Source: Pseudodesulfovibrio mercurii (lineage in GTDB: Bacteria > Desulfobacterota > Desulfovibrionia > Desulfovibrionales > Desulfovibrionaceae). Taken from it: a stretch of 32,000 nucleotides of DNA. The notes below the pieces were generated by a model. That model was not told the DNA's origin. It searched no databases and saw only the letters and a program-made list of their open reading frames with translations. Position numbers and translations under genes: made by a program. The stretch is taken from NCBI RefSeq assembly GCF_000189295.2, contig NC_016803.1, positions 1,620,001-1,652,000 of the forward strand, read 5' to 3'. Positions 1-7,919 of the stretch are shown here, in pieces (the stretch's first letter is position 1; the number at the start of each line of letters is the position of its first letter).

Positions 1-636
1 CCGGGCGATGAGCACCAGCCGGACGAGGTAGCGCCACTCGGGGGTCAGGGCGTTCGCGTCGAACCCGGCCTTGAGCACGGTCCGGGTCAGGGCGTAGTCG
101 AACCCGGCCTGGCCAAGGAGGGAGACCATCTCGGCGCCGGTCAGGAAGGGGTCGGGCTGTTGCCCGCCGAACTCGTTGACGTAGGCCTCCACGTCCGCGC
201 GCGTGGCCCCCTTGGAGAGGCCTTCGCCGAGCGCCACCAGGACGCGGGCATCGGTCTTCCCGGATGGTCCTGGCAGGAGCCCGGCCACGAAGGCGTAGTC
301 GTTGATGCGGACCTTGAGGGCGTGGACGATGAGCGCGGGCCTGACGTGCTTGGACAGCCCCTCCTCAAGCTTGTCCTCCAGCGGGGCCAGGGGGAGCTTG
401 CGGTCGCAGGCCTCGACGAGCGGCGCGAGCAGGCTCGCCCCGTCGGCTTCGGTGAGGTCGCCCGAGGCCACGGCGGCGCGGACGCGGTCCACGGTTTCGG
501 AGAAGACGCCGCACTGACGGGCGCGGTCGGCGAGGGTGGCGAGGCTTGCATCCCCGGCTCCCGCCGGGCGTGCCAGGAAGGTGAGGCACAGCACCAGCAG
601 GAGGACCAGGGTGTGGAGGTTATAGCGTTTGTTCAT
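1..636 (-). CDS. Secreted hypothetical protein (N-terminal 212 codons; 3' end runs off the window)
   Basis: Absent from the ORF track because there is no stop in the window. The reverse frame is open from ATG at 636 to base 1. Translation MNKRYNLHTLVLLLVLCLTFLARPAGAGD... is a signal peptide. GC-rich third positions. The start overlaps the stop of the upstream anti-sigma gene by 17 nt, suggesting an operon. Confidence 0.6.
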   Translation of the reverse strand, partial: MNKRYNLHTLVLLLVLCLTFLARPAGAGDASLATLADRARQCGVFSETVDRVRAAVASGDLTEADGASLLAPLVEACDRKLPLAPLEDKLEEGLSKHVRPALIVHALKVRINDYAFVAGLLPGPSGKTDARVLVALGEGLSKGATRADVEAYVNEFGGQQPDPFLTGAEMVSLLGQAGFDYALTRTVLKAGFDANALTPEWRYLVRLVLIAR

Positions 637-1192
637 GTTCTCCATTCACAAAAACTATGGAATTCCGGTTGCCGAACCCGTCGTCGCTGGTCATGGGCGC
701 GTTGGGATCGGGCACGAGCTGGTTCCCGTTGACCAGGAACAGGTATTCGTGGTCGCCCGGCGGCAGCTGGGCTTCGAGTACCCAGGCCTGCGCGTCCGAA
801 CTGTACCACATGACCGAGCGTTCCGCCCGCCAATTGTTGAAGGACCCGATGACCGAGACCTTGCGGGCGTGCATGTCCGCATCGTGCAGGATGAAGCGCA
901 CGGTGGCAAGTCTCGGGCCGACATTCTCCACGGGTTTCTGGGTGGTCACGAAGGCCAGGGCCAGCAGGGCCACGGCCAGGGTCATGGCCGGGATGGCCGT
1001 GATCGGCCGCACCGTCAGGACCCTGGGGCGCAGGAACCACAGGCGCAGCCGGGTCCACAGGGTCGGCCGCTTGGGATGCAGACGGGCCATGATCCGGTTG
1101 GTCAGGTCCGCCGGCGGATCGGCCTCGTGGGCCGTCTGCACGGCATGGATGATGACATCTTCCATGCGGGTGTCGAATTGCTTTTTCGTCAT
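620..1192 (-). CDS. Membrane anti-sigma factor with extracytoplasmic CBM48 / AMPK-beta glycogen-binding-like domain
   Basis: 190-aa ORF with one TM helix (ITAIPAMTLAVALLALAFVTT). The C-terminal segment VSVIGSFNNWRAE...LPPGDHEYLFLVNGNQLVPDPNAP...NSIVFV matches the recalled AMPK1_CBM pattern (GSFNNW, LP.G.H.Y.F.V.G....DP). ATGA start/stop overlap with the sigma gene at 1189-1192. Confidence 0.75.
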   Translation of the reverse strand: MTKKQFDTRMEDVIIHAVQTAHEADPPADLTNRIMARLHPKRPTLWTRLRLWFLRPRVLTVRPITAIPAMTLAVALLALAFVTTQKPVENVGPRLATVRFILHDADMHARKVSVIGSFNNWRAERSVMWYSSDAQAWVLEAQLPPGDHEYLFLVNGNQLVPDPNAPMTSDDGFGNRNSIVFVNGEHEQTL

Positions 1193-1752
1193 GGGTTGTT
1201 CCCCCCATCGAATTGTTGCCGGACCATGTCCAGCCCTCTGCTCAGTCGCATCTTGGCCGCGCTGACGCTGATCCCCAGGGTGCCCGCAATCTCCTGCATG
1301 GTGAAGTCATGCCGGTAGCGGAGAATGAGCGCCTCGCGGTATTTCGGGTCGAGGTCCATGACGGCCTCGAAGGCCTTGGCCCCGTCGAGCCGGTCGTTCA
1401 TGACCCTGGGCTCGTCCCGTCTGTCCCGTTCGCGGACCATGACCGCCGCGTCTTCCACGAACACGTGCCTGTCCCGGCCGTCCTTGCGGAGCCAGTCCCG
1501 AGCCACGTTCAGGGCCAGCGTGTACAGCCATGGGAAAAACCGTCTGCGCTGGTTGAAGGACTCAAGCTTCTCGTAGGCCCGGACAAAGGCATCCTGGGCG
1601 AGGTCGGCCGCGATGTCCGCGTCGCCCGCCATGCGCAGCATGAGATTGTACACGGGCCGCTGGTACTCGCGTACCAGGGTGCCGTACAGCTGGACATCGC
1701 CCAGCAGTATGTTCCGTACAATTTCCGCTTCGCGTTTCTCTTTCATTGCCAT
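1189..1752 (-). CDS. ECF-family RNA polymerase sigma-70 factor
   Basis: Regions 2 and 4 are recognisable (YQRPVYNLMLRMAGDADIAADLAQDAFVRAYEKL; FTMQEIAGTLGISVSAAKMRLSRG). The ORF extends to 1779, but the MAMKEK start at 1752 (or 1746) is more likely. Confidence 0.9.
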   Translation of the reverse strand: MAMKEKREAEIVRNILLGDVQLYGTLVREYQRPVYNLMLRMAGDADIAADLAQDAFVRAYEKLESFNQRRRFFPWLYTLALNVARDWLRKDGRDRHVFVEDAAVMVRERDRRDEPRVMNDRLDGAKAFEAVMDLDPKYREALILRYRHDFTMQEIAGTLGISVSAAKMRLSRGLDMVRQQFDGGNNP

Positions 1753-1888
1753 CCCAACGGCCCCGTCAACGGGCCGCAACTCATCTGCACCTAGTTATAC
1801 GCACCAGGACCCGTCCGGGTCACAGACTCTTGCCCGGCGATGCGTACTAGGCTATCACCATACACGCAGACCATAGGAGATAACAATC

Positions 1889-2410
1889 ATGGATCCCCGC
1901 GACAATGCGGTGCTTCGGGCCATTCGCGAACGCCGGTCCATCCGCAGGTTCACCGCCGAGCCGGTTTCGAAGGAACAGCTGACCGCCATCCTCGAGGCCG
2001 GGCAGTGGGCCCCCAGCGGCAAGAACAACCAGCCCTGGCGCTTCCTGGTCGTGACCCGCGACGACCCGCGCATGGAGAGGCTTGCCGCGTGCACCGAGTA
2101 CGCCCGCATCGTCCGCTCCGCGGCGGCCTGCATCTGCGTCCTGCTCGACAGGTCGGCCATGTACAGCGAGATGAAGGACCACCAGGGGGCCGGGGCGTGC
2201 ATCCAGAACATGCTCCTGGCCGTCCACGTCCTCGGCCTGGGCGCGGTCTGGCTGGGCCAGATCGTCAACGATCAGGCCGCCGCCCTGTCGGCCATCGGCC
2301 TGTCCGGGGCCGACTACGAGCTTGAGGCCGTGCTGGCCCTGGGCCGCCCGGACCAGCCGGGCAAATCCTCGCGCAAACCACTCGACGAACTGCTGCTGGA
2401 GAAATTGTAA
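1889..2410 (+). CDS. Nitroreductase family protein
   Basis: 173 aa with RRSIRRFT, APSGKNNQPWRF and a GLGAVWLG-type core. AGGAGA RBS upstream of the ATG. Confidence 0.9.
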   Translation: MDPRDNAVLRAIRERRSIRRFTAEPVSKEQLTAILEAGQWAPSGKNNQPWRFLVVTRDDPRMERLAACTEYARIVRSAAACICVLLDRSAMYSEMKDHQGAGACIQNMLLAVHVLGLGAVWLGQIVNDQAAALSAIGLSGADYELEAVLALGRPDQPGKSSRKPLDELLLEKL

Positions 2411-3030
2411 TGGATATAACGACCTTCCCGCTGGGTCCCCTCCAGACCAACTGCTACGTGCTGGCCAACGACGGCCAGGCCGTGGTCGTGGACCCGGGCG
2501 GCGATCCCGCCCCCCTGCTCCGCCACCTGGAGGCCGGGGGGCTGACCCTGAGCGTGATCCTGAACACGCACCTGCACTTCGACCACACCGCGGGCAACAA
2601 GGCCCTGTCCGAGGCAACGGGCGCGCACATCCTGGCCAACGACGCGGACGGCTACCTCATGGACACCTGGCTGGGCCGGGGCGGCGACATGGGGCTGCCC
2701 CTGGTGCCCCCCTACACCTGGACCAACCTGGAGCCGGGCGAGACCGTCTTTGCCGGGACCGGGTGCACGGTCTTCCACACCCCGGGCCACTCGCCGGGCA
2801 GCCTGACCTTCTATTTCCCGGATGCCGGGGCCGCCTTCGTGGGCGACCTGATCTTCTACCGGTCCATCGGGCGCACGGACTTTCCCGGCGGGGACCTGGA
2901 CGCGCTCAAGCGTTCGGTCACGGAGCACATCTTCACCCTGCCGCCCGAGACCCGGCTGCTCTCCGGCCACGGACCGGAGACCTCGGTGGGCGACGAGAAA
3001 AACCACAACCCGTTCTTCGGGGGATTCTGA
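2410..3030 (+). CDS. MBL-fold metallo-hydrolase (glyoxalase II-like)
   Basis: 206 aa with the HLHFDHTAGN (HxHxDH) motif and TPGHSPGS. TAATG overlap with the nitroreductase stop. Confidence 0.9.
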   Translation: MDITTFPLGPLQTNCYVLANDGQAVVVDPGGDPAPLLRHLEAGGLTLSVILNTHLHFDHTAGNKALSEATGAHILANDADGYLMDTWLGRGGDMGLPLVPPYTWTNLEPGETVFAGTGCTVFHTPGHSPGSLTFYFPDAGAAFVGDLIFYRSIGRTDFPGGDLDALKRSVTEHIFTLPPETRLLSGHGPETSVGDEKNHNPFFGGF

Positions 3031-3074
3031 TGAGCGAGCCCGTCAGCATAGATATCCGCGACAAGTGTTGAGGG

Positions 3075-3272
3075 GTGGGACTGGAGGTAGGTTGGTACCT
3101 CCGTTTCGCCCGGACCGACCGGATCGAGGCCCTGGTCTCCCTCAAGGGGGCGGCCCAGGTGCGTCATGAGGAACACATCTTCCCGGACTGGAACTTCGAG
3201 GTCGTGGAGCTCGAGGACCACGCCCGGGCGGTCATGACCCGCAGGAAACCGCTCTACGACAAGGAGCCGTAA
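3075..3272 (+). CDS. Small hypothetical protein (65 aa from GTG; a shorter GTG start near 3159 is possible)
   Basis: GC3-rich frame. Its stop abuts the next ATG (TAAATG). No recognisable domain, and the SD for the 3075 start is poor. Confidence 0.35.
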   Translation: MGLEVGWYLRFARTDRIEALVSLKGAAQVRHEEHIFPDWNFEVVELEDHARAVMTRRKPLYDKEP

Positions 3273-3875
3273 ATGACCCGCGCCGCCGTCTTCGCCTGCT
3301 CCCACCGCCGGGGCGGCAACACCGACCACGCCGCCGAACTCCTGGCCGAGGGCGTGCGCCGGGCCGGGGGCGCGGCCGACGTGTACTACGTGCGCAACTT
3401 CGAGGTCATGCCCTGCCTGGCCTGCGGATACTGCGACGCGCCGGAGCGCACGGGCCGGGAGCGCTGCGTGCTCGGGCCCACGGACCAGGCCTGGGACCTG
3501 TTCGCCCCCTGCCTGACCGCCCGGACCATCCTGTTCGCCTCGCCCATCTACTTCTACCACCTGCCCTCGCGGCTCAAGACCTGGATCGACCGGGGCCAGC
3601 AGTTCTGGCGGGCCCGGCTGGACAATGAGCCGTGGATCGCGGACCTGCCGCCGCGCACGGCCCACGCCGTGCTCCTGGCTGGCCAGCCCACGGGCGAAAA
3701 GCTCTTCGACGGGGCGCGCCTGACCCTCAAGTACTTCGTCCACAACTTCGGGATGGACCTGGCCGCCCCCCTGACCCTCCGGGGGGTGGACACCCGCAAC
3801 GACCTGCGGACCAAGGCGGACTTCGAGGCGCGCATCCTGGCCCTGGGACGCACGGCCTGGGAAACGGCCGACTAG
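3273..3875 (+). CDS. Flavodoxin-fold NAD(P)H-dependent FMN reductase / iron-sulfur flavoprotein (Isf)-like
   Basis: 200 aa with an N-terminal SHRRGGNT loop, a compact Cys cluster CLACGYC...C (C-x2-C-x2-C-x10-C) and the ASPIYFYHLPSRLKTWIDR motif. Confidence 0.8.
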   Translation: MTRAAVFACSHRRGGNTDHAAELLAEGVRRAGGAADVYYVRNFEVMPCLACGYCDAPERTGRERCVLGPTDQAWDLFAPCLTARTILFASPIYFYHLPSRLKTWIDRGQQFWRARLDNEPWIADLPPRTAHAVLLAGQPTGEKLFDGARLTLKYFVHNFGMDLAAPLTLRGVDTRNDLRTKADFEARILALGRTAWETAD

Positions 3876-3879
3876 GCGC

Positions 3880-4620
3880 ATGTTCCGGCCGGTCCTGAAC
3901 CTCGCGCGCGCCCTGGGCTTGCGGGCCGGACGATGCCCGGTCTGCGCCTCGGTCATGGCCGACGGGTCCCGGACCCTGTGCCCGGCCTGCGCCGGGGAGC
4001 TGCCCCTGCGCACCGGCGGCCTGTGCCCGGCCTGCGGCGGGATGTCCGGCCGGGAGGAGGACCCGCCCACCCTGTGCCCCGAGTGCCGCCTGGACCCGCC
4101 GCCCTGGGACCGGCTCTATTTCCACGGCCGGTACACCGGGCTCCTGCGCGAACTGATCCTGGGCTACAAGTTCCGCGACCGGTTCGACCGCGACCGGCTC
4201 CTGGGGGCGCTCGGCGTGGCCGCCTTCGAGGCGCGCGGCGGACTGGTGCCGGACGCGGTGGTCCCGGTGCCCCTGCACGGCCGGAGGCTGGCCTGGCGCG
4301 GCTTCAACCAGAGCCTGGAGATCGCGCGCGGCCTGGCCCGGCACCTGGACCGGCCCCTGCTGGTCCACGGGCTGACGCGCACGCGCAACACCCCGCCCCA
4401 GACCCGGTTCGGGCTCAGGGAGCGGCAGGCCAACATCAAGGGGGCCTTTGCGGCGGACCCGGCCCTGGTCCGGGGCAGGCGGCTGCTCCTGGTGGACGAC
4501 GTGTACACCACGGGCTCGACCCTGAACGAGTGCGCCCGGACCCTGCTCCGGGCGGGCTGCACCGGGCTGGACGTCCTGGTCCTGGCCCGGACCCAGCGGG
4601 AGCCCACCGAGTCCATATAA
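3880..4620 (+). CDS. comF: ComF-family phosphoribosyltransferase
   Basis: 246 aa. N-terminal paired CxxC zinc-ribbon motifs (CPVC...CPAC...CPAC...CPEC) and a PRTase motif LLLVDDVYTTGSTL. Confidence 0.85.
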   Translation: MFRPVLNLARALGLRAGRCPVCASVMADGSRTLCPACAGELPLRTGGLCPACGGMSGREEDPPTLCPECRLDPPPWDRLYFHGRYTGLLRELILGYKFRDRFDRDRLLGALGVAAFEARGGLVPDAVVPVPLHGRRLAWRGFNQSLEIARGLARHLDRPLLVHGLTRTRNTPPQTRFGLRERQANIKGAFAADPALVRGRRLLLVDDVYTTGSTLNECARTLLRAGCTGLDVLVLARTQREPTESI

Positions 4621-4682
4621 TGTATGTATTGGCCGGGCGGACGAAAAGTTGGCAAAAAAAGCGAAAAAACCGGACTCGGGGC

Positions 4683-4712
4683 TTGACTTCCACGCGTGGT
4701 TGCGGCTAGGTT
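4683..4712 (+). promoter_or_regulatory. Candidate sigma-70 promoter for rplU-rpmA
   Basis: TTGACT (4683-4688), 18-nt spacer, TAGGTT (4707-4712), about 30 nt upstream of the rplU ATG. Confidence 0.3.
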
Positions 4713-4742
4713 GCCTCCTCTTACGAATTGGAGGTTCACACT

Positions 4743-5054
4743 ATGTTCGCTATTATCGAGACCGGCGGGAAACAATACCGCGTTGAAGAAGGTCTTGAAC
4801 TCAATGTAGATTTGCTGAAGGCCGATGCCGGCGACGCGCTGAGCATCGATTCCGTTCTCCTGGTCGACAAGGACGGCGACACCAAGATCGGCGCCCCCTA
4901 TGTCGAAGGCGCTAAGGTCGAGTGCGAAGTCCTGGGCCACCTGCGTGGCGAGAAGGTCGTCGTCTTCCACAAGCTGTCCAAAAAGGACTCCCGCAAGACG
5001 CAGGGCCACCGCCAGGATTACACCAAACTGAAAGTCAATTCCATCACGGCCTAG
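4743..5054 (+). CDS. rplU: 50S ribosomal protein L21
   Basis: [17 protein letters not shown]... is a canonical L21 N-terminus. GGAGG RBS at 4730-4734. The upstream MEVHT extension in the ORF track was rejected. Confidence 0.97.
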   Translation: MFAIIETGGKQYRVEEGLELNVDLLKADAGDALSIDSVLLVDKDGDTKIGAPYVEGAKVECEVLGHLRGEKVVVFHKLSKKDSRKTQGHRQDYTKLKVNSITA

Positions 5055-5074
5055 CGCCTGGAAGGGAGGATAAC

Positions 5075-5344
5075 ATGGCTCATAAAAAAGCTGGTGGTAG
5101 CTCCAGAAACGGTCGCGACAGCGCCGGTCAGCGGCGCGGCGTGAAGCGCTTCGGCGGGCAGGAAGTGCTCGCCGGCAACATCCTCGTGCGTCAGCTCGGT
5201 ACCAGATTTCATCCCGGCGAAGGCGTGGGCATGGGCAAGGACTACACCCTGTTCGCTCTCGTCGACGGCGTGGTCAAGTACGAGAAGTACACCCGCAAGA
5301 AGGTCGTCAAGACCCGCGTGAGCGTGACGCCCCCCGAGGCCTAG
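5075..5344 (+). CDS. rpmA: 50S ribosomal protein L27
   Basis: [28 protein letters not shown]... is a canonical L27 N-terminus. GGGAGGA RBS. 89 aa. Confidence 0.97.
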   Translation: MAHKKAGGSSRNGRDSAGQRRGVKRFGGQEVLAGNILVRQLGTRFHPGEGVGMGKDYTLFALVDGVVKYEKYTRKKVVKTRVSVTPPEA

Positions 5345-5370
5345 TTCCCGATAGCGCAAGCATAGTTGCC

Positions 5371-5406
5371 GGGCAGGGAGCGGTCATGCTCCCTGCCCGT
5401 TTTTTG
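5371..5406 (+). terminator. Rho-independent terminator/attenuator after rpmA
   Basis: Perfect 11-bp stem GGGCAGGGAGC (5371-5381) / GCTCCCTGCCC (5388-5398), followed by G and TTTTTT. Confidence 0.7.
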
Positions 5407-5446
5407 CGTTCGGGGCTGCGGAAACTCCAAGGGTGAGGACGGAAAC

Positions 5447-6478
5447 ATGAAATTCGTGGATGAAGCGACCATCAAGGTGGCGTCCGGCAAGGGCGGCAAC
5501 GGCTGCGCCAGCCTGCGGCGCGAGGCCAACATGCCCAAGGGCGGTCCGGACGGCGGCGACGGCGGCAAGGGCGGCGATCTGATCCTGCGCGGATCGGAGC
5601 GGCTCATGTCCCTGTACGACTTCCGCCTGAAGCGCCACTACACGGCCAAGAACGGCCAGTCCGGCATGGGCCGCGACCGCTACGGCAAGGCCGCCGACGA
5701 CCTGATCGTGGATCTGCCCGTGGGCACCCTCGTCTACGAGATCATAGAGGAAGAGGACGGCACCACCCGCGAGGAGCTGGTGGCCGACCTGGTGGAGGAC
5801 GGCACCCAGATCGTCATCTGCAAGGGCGGCGACGGCGGACGCGGCAACCTGCACTTCAAGTCCTCGATCAACCGCACTCCGCGCTACGCCGAACCCGGTT
5901 TTCCGGGCCAGGAAAAGCTGCTCCGGCTGGAGCTCAAGATCCTGGCCGACGTGGGGCTCCTCGGCCTGCCCTCGGCGGGCAAGTCCACCTTCATCTCCAA
6001 GGTCTCGGCCGCCCGGCCCAAGATCGCGGCCTACCCGTTCACCACGCTGGTGCCCAACCTCGGGGTCATCGAGAACGACGACTTCAAGCGCATGGTCATC
6101 GCCGACATCCCCGGCCTGATCGAAGGGGCCAGCGAGGGGCGCGGCCTGGGCATCACCTTCCTCAAGCACGTGGAGCGGACCCGCTTCCTGGTGCACATCC
6201 TGGCCGCCGAGGACGTCAACCGCGACGACCCCGTGGACGGCTACGCCATGCTCAACCAGGAACTGCGCGAGTACAACGCCGAGATGGCCCTGAAGCCCCA
6301 GATCAAGGTCATCAACAAGATCGACACCCTGTCCGAGGACGAACTGGCCGACATGAAGGCCAAGGTCGCCGCCTCGGGCGAGACGATCTACTTCATCTCC
6401 GCCCTGACCGGCGAGGGCGTGGACGAGCTGCTCGCGGCCATGTGGCGGCAGCTCGCCCAACTCGACGACGAGGGTTAG
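5447..6478 (+). CDS. obgE: GTPase Obg/CgtA
   Basis: MKFVDEATIKVASGKGGNGCASLRRE, glycine-rich Obg fold, and G-motifs GLPSAGKST, DIPGLIEGA and NKID. Start chosen at M28 of the track ORF. Confidence 0.95.
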   Translation: MKFVDEATIKVASGKGGNGCASLRREANMPKGGPDGGDGGKGGDLILRGSERLMSLYDFRLKRHYTAKNGQSGMGRDRYGKAADDLIVDLPVGTLVYEIIEEEDGTTREELVADLVEDGTQIVICKGGDGGRGNLHFKSSINRTPRYAEPGFPGQEKLLRLELKILADVGLLGLPSAGKSTFISKVSAARPKIAAYPFTTLVPNLGVIENDDFKRMVIADIPGLIEGASEGRGLGITFLKHVERTRFLVHILAAEDVNRDDPVDGYAMLNQELREYNAEMALKPQIKVINKIDTLSEDELADMKAKVAASGETIYFISALTGEGVDELLAAMWRQLAQLDDEG

Positions 6479-6861
6479 TCCTCTCCGCTCCCCCGCTCGG
6501 CAAAGACCGCCTTGGCCGCGAAGACCGCGTTCAGGGCCGCCGGGAACCCCGCATAGACCGAGATCTGCAGGAAGGTCTCGACGATCTCCTCACGCGTCCA
6601 GCCCACGTTCATCGCCCCGTGCAGATGCACCTTGAGCTGCGGCTCGCACCCGCCCTTGGCGGCCAGGGCCGCGATGGTGATCAGCTCCCGCTCCTTGAGG
6701 GACAGGCCGGGTCGGGAATAGACGTCCCCGAACCCGTACTCGACCATCAGCCTGGCCAGGTCCGGGGCCACGTCGCCCAGGGCCTCCATGACCCTGTCGC
6801 CCTGCTCGCCGTCCACGCGGGCGAGCATCTCCATGCCGCGTTCAAACCGTTCGTTGTCCAT
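6475..6861 (-). CDS. Carboxymuconolactone decarboxylase (CMD/AhpD-like) family protein
   Basis: 128 aa with LKERELITIAALAAKGGCEPQLKVHLHGAMNVGWTREEIVETFLQISVYAGFPAA, typical of the CMD family. Its stop overlaps the obg stop convergently by 4 nt. Confidence 0.85.
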   Translation of the reverse strand: MDNERFERGMEMLARVDGEQGDRVMEALGDVAPDLARLMVEYGFGDVYSRPGLSLKERELITIAALAAKGGCEPQLKVHLHGAMNVGWTREEIVETFLQISVYAGFPAALNAVFAAKAVFAERGSGED

Positions 6862-6929
6862 GACAACCTCCTTTTTCCCAACCCTGGCCCCGGCGCTGTG
6901 ACACGTCCAATATCGCTTTTAACGCGCTG

Positions 6930-6948
6930 TGATATGGTTTACATATCA
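6930..6948. promoter_or_regulatory. Candidate LysR-type operator (inverted repeat)
   Basis: TGATAT-N7-ATATCA in the divergent CMD/LysR intergenic region, immediately upstream of the LysR ATG. Confidence 0.35.
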
Positions 6949-6951
6949 GCC

Positions 6952-7836
6952 ATGGATACCCGACAGATGCGCTATTTCCTGGCTGTGGCCGAGACCCTGC
7001 ACTTCCGCAGGGCGGCCGAGCGGCTGCACATGACCCAGCCGCCCCTGTCGCAGCAGATCGCGGCCTTCGAGGCGGAGCTGGGCGTGGCGCTGTTCGTGCG
7101 CGACCGGCGGTCCGTGGCCCTGACCGAGGCGGGCGCGTGCCTGCTCAAGGACGTGCGCCGCATCCTGGCCGACGTGGACGCGGCCGAGCGGCGGGCCGTG
7201 GACACGGGGTTGGGCCGCGTGGGCAGGCTGCGCGTCGGATTCATCGGCCCGGCCATCGACGGTCCGCTGGGGCCGGACCTGAAGCGGTTCGGCGAGAGCC
7301 ATCCGGGCATCACCCTGGAGCTGACCGAGAAGTCCACGCCCGAGCTGGCCGAGCTGGTGCGCGGCGGCGGGCTGGACGCGGCCGTGGTTCGGCTGTCCGG
7401 GACGGGACGGGACGGGCTCATCCACCGGGTCTACCACCGCGAGACCTACGTCCTGGCCGTGCCCGCCGCCCACCGGCTGGCCAGGGAAACGGCCATCGCG
7501 CCGGCGATGCTCGACGACGAGCCGATGATCATGTTCCCGCGCGCCCTGAACCCGGCCCTGCACGACCGGTGGACCGCGCTCTTCGCCCGGCACGGGGCCC
7601 GGCTGCGCGTGGCCCAGGAGGTCCTGACCAAGCACGCCACCGTGGCCCTGGTGGCCGCCGGGCTGGGCCTGTCGCCCGTGCCCCGGTCCACGGCGGACAC
7701 GGGCCGCCGGGACGTGGCCTTCATCCCCTTCGCCGTGGCCGCGCCGGAGCTGGAGTTCCACCTCATCGCCCGCGACGGTCCGCACGGCCCGGCCCTGGCG
7801 ACCTTCCTCGACCAGCTGGCCCCGGAGCGCCCCTGA
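6952..7836 (+). CDS. LysR-family transcriptional regulator
   Basis: MDTRQMRYFLAVAETLHFRRAAERLHMTQPPLSQQIAAFEAELG is a canonical LysR HTH. 294 aa. Divergent from the CMD gene. Confidence 0.9.
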   Translation: MDTRQMRYFLAVAETLHFRRAAERLHMTQPPLSQQIAAFEAELGVALFVRDRRSVALTEAGACLLKDVRRILADVDAAERRAVDTGLGRVGRLRVGFIGPAIDGPLGPDLKRFGESHPGITLELTEKSTPELAELVRGGGLDAAVVRLSGTGRDGLIHRVYHRETYVLAVPAAHRLARETAIAPAMLDDEPMIMFPRALNPALHDRWTALFARHGARLRVAQEVLTKHATVALVAAGLGLSPVPRSTADTGRRDVAFIPFAVAAPELEFHLIARDGPHGPALATFLDQLAPERP

Positions 7837-7919
7837 CCCGAGCCCCCGGCCGGAAGCCCGCGCCCCCGCGGGCAAGTCCCTCCTTGCGGCCCGGAACCAG
7901 TTGGAGTACCGTGCGCCCC

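Noticed and set aside
3030-3071. 13-codon mini-ORF (MSEPVSIDIRDKC) overlapping the MBL hydrolase stop.
   Set aside because: It is too short, has no RBS and nothing supports conservation. It is probably just an intergenic spacer.
4714-4734. SD-sequestering hairpin (CCTCC...GGAGG) as an rplU autoregulatory leader.
   Set aside because: It has only 5 bp with an 11-nt loop. That is too weak to call, and it bears no resemblance I can verify to the L21 leader known from Firmicutes.
5346-5356. The 11-mer TCCCGATAGCG, which is the terminus of repeat copy A (11110-11120), also occurs just after the rpmA TAG stop. All three contexts show a TAG a few nt before the motif, which would suggest a stop-codon-proximal insertion site.
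   Set aside because: Exact 11-mer (and even 13-mer) matches are expected by chance many times in 32 kb of biased-composition DNA. For example, GTTGACTTCCCGC recurs at 13695 and 16548. No similarity extends beyond the 11-mer at 5346. It is worth revisiting only if genome-wide copies show the same pattern.
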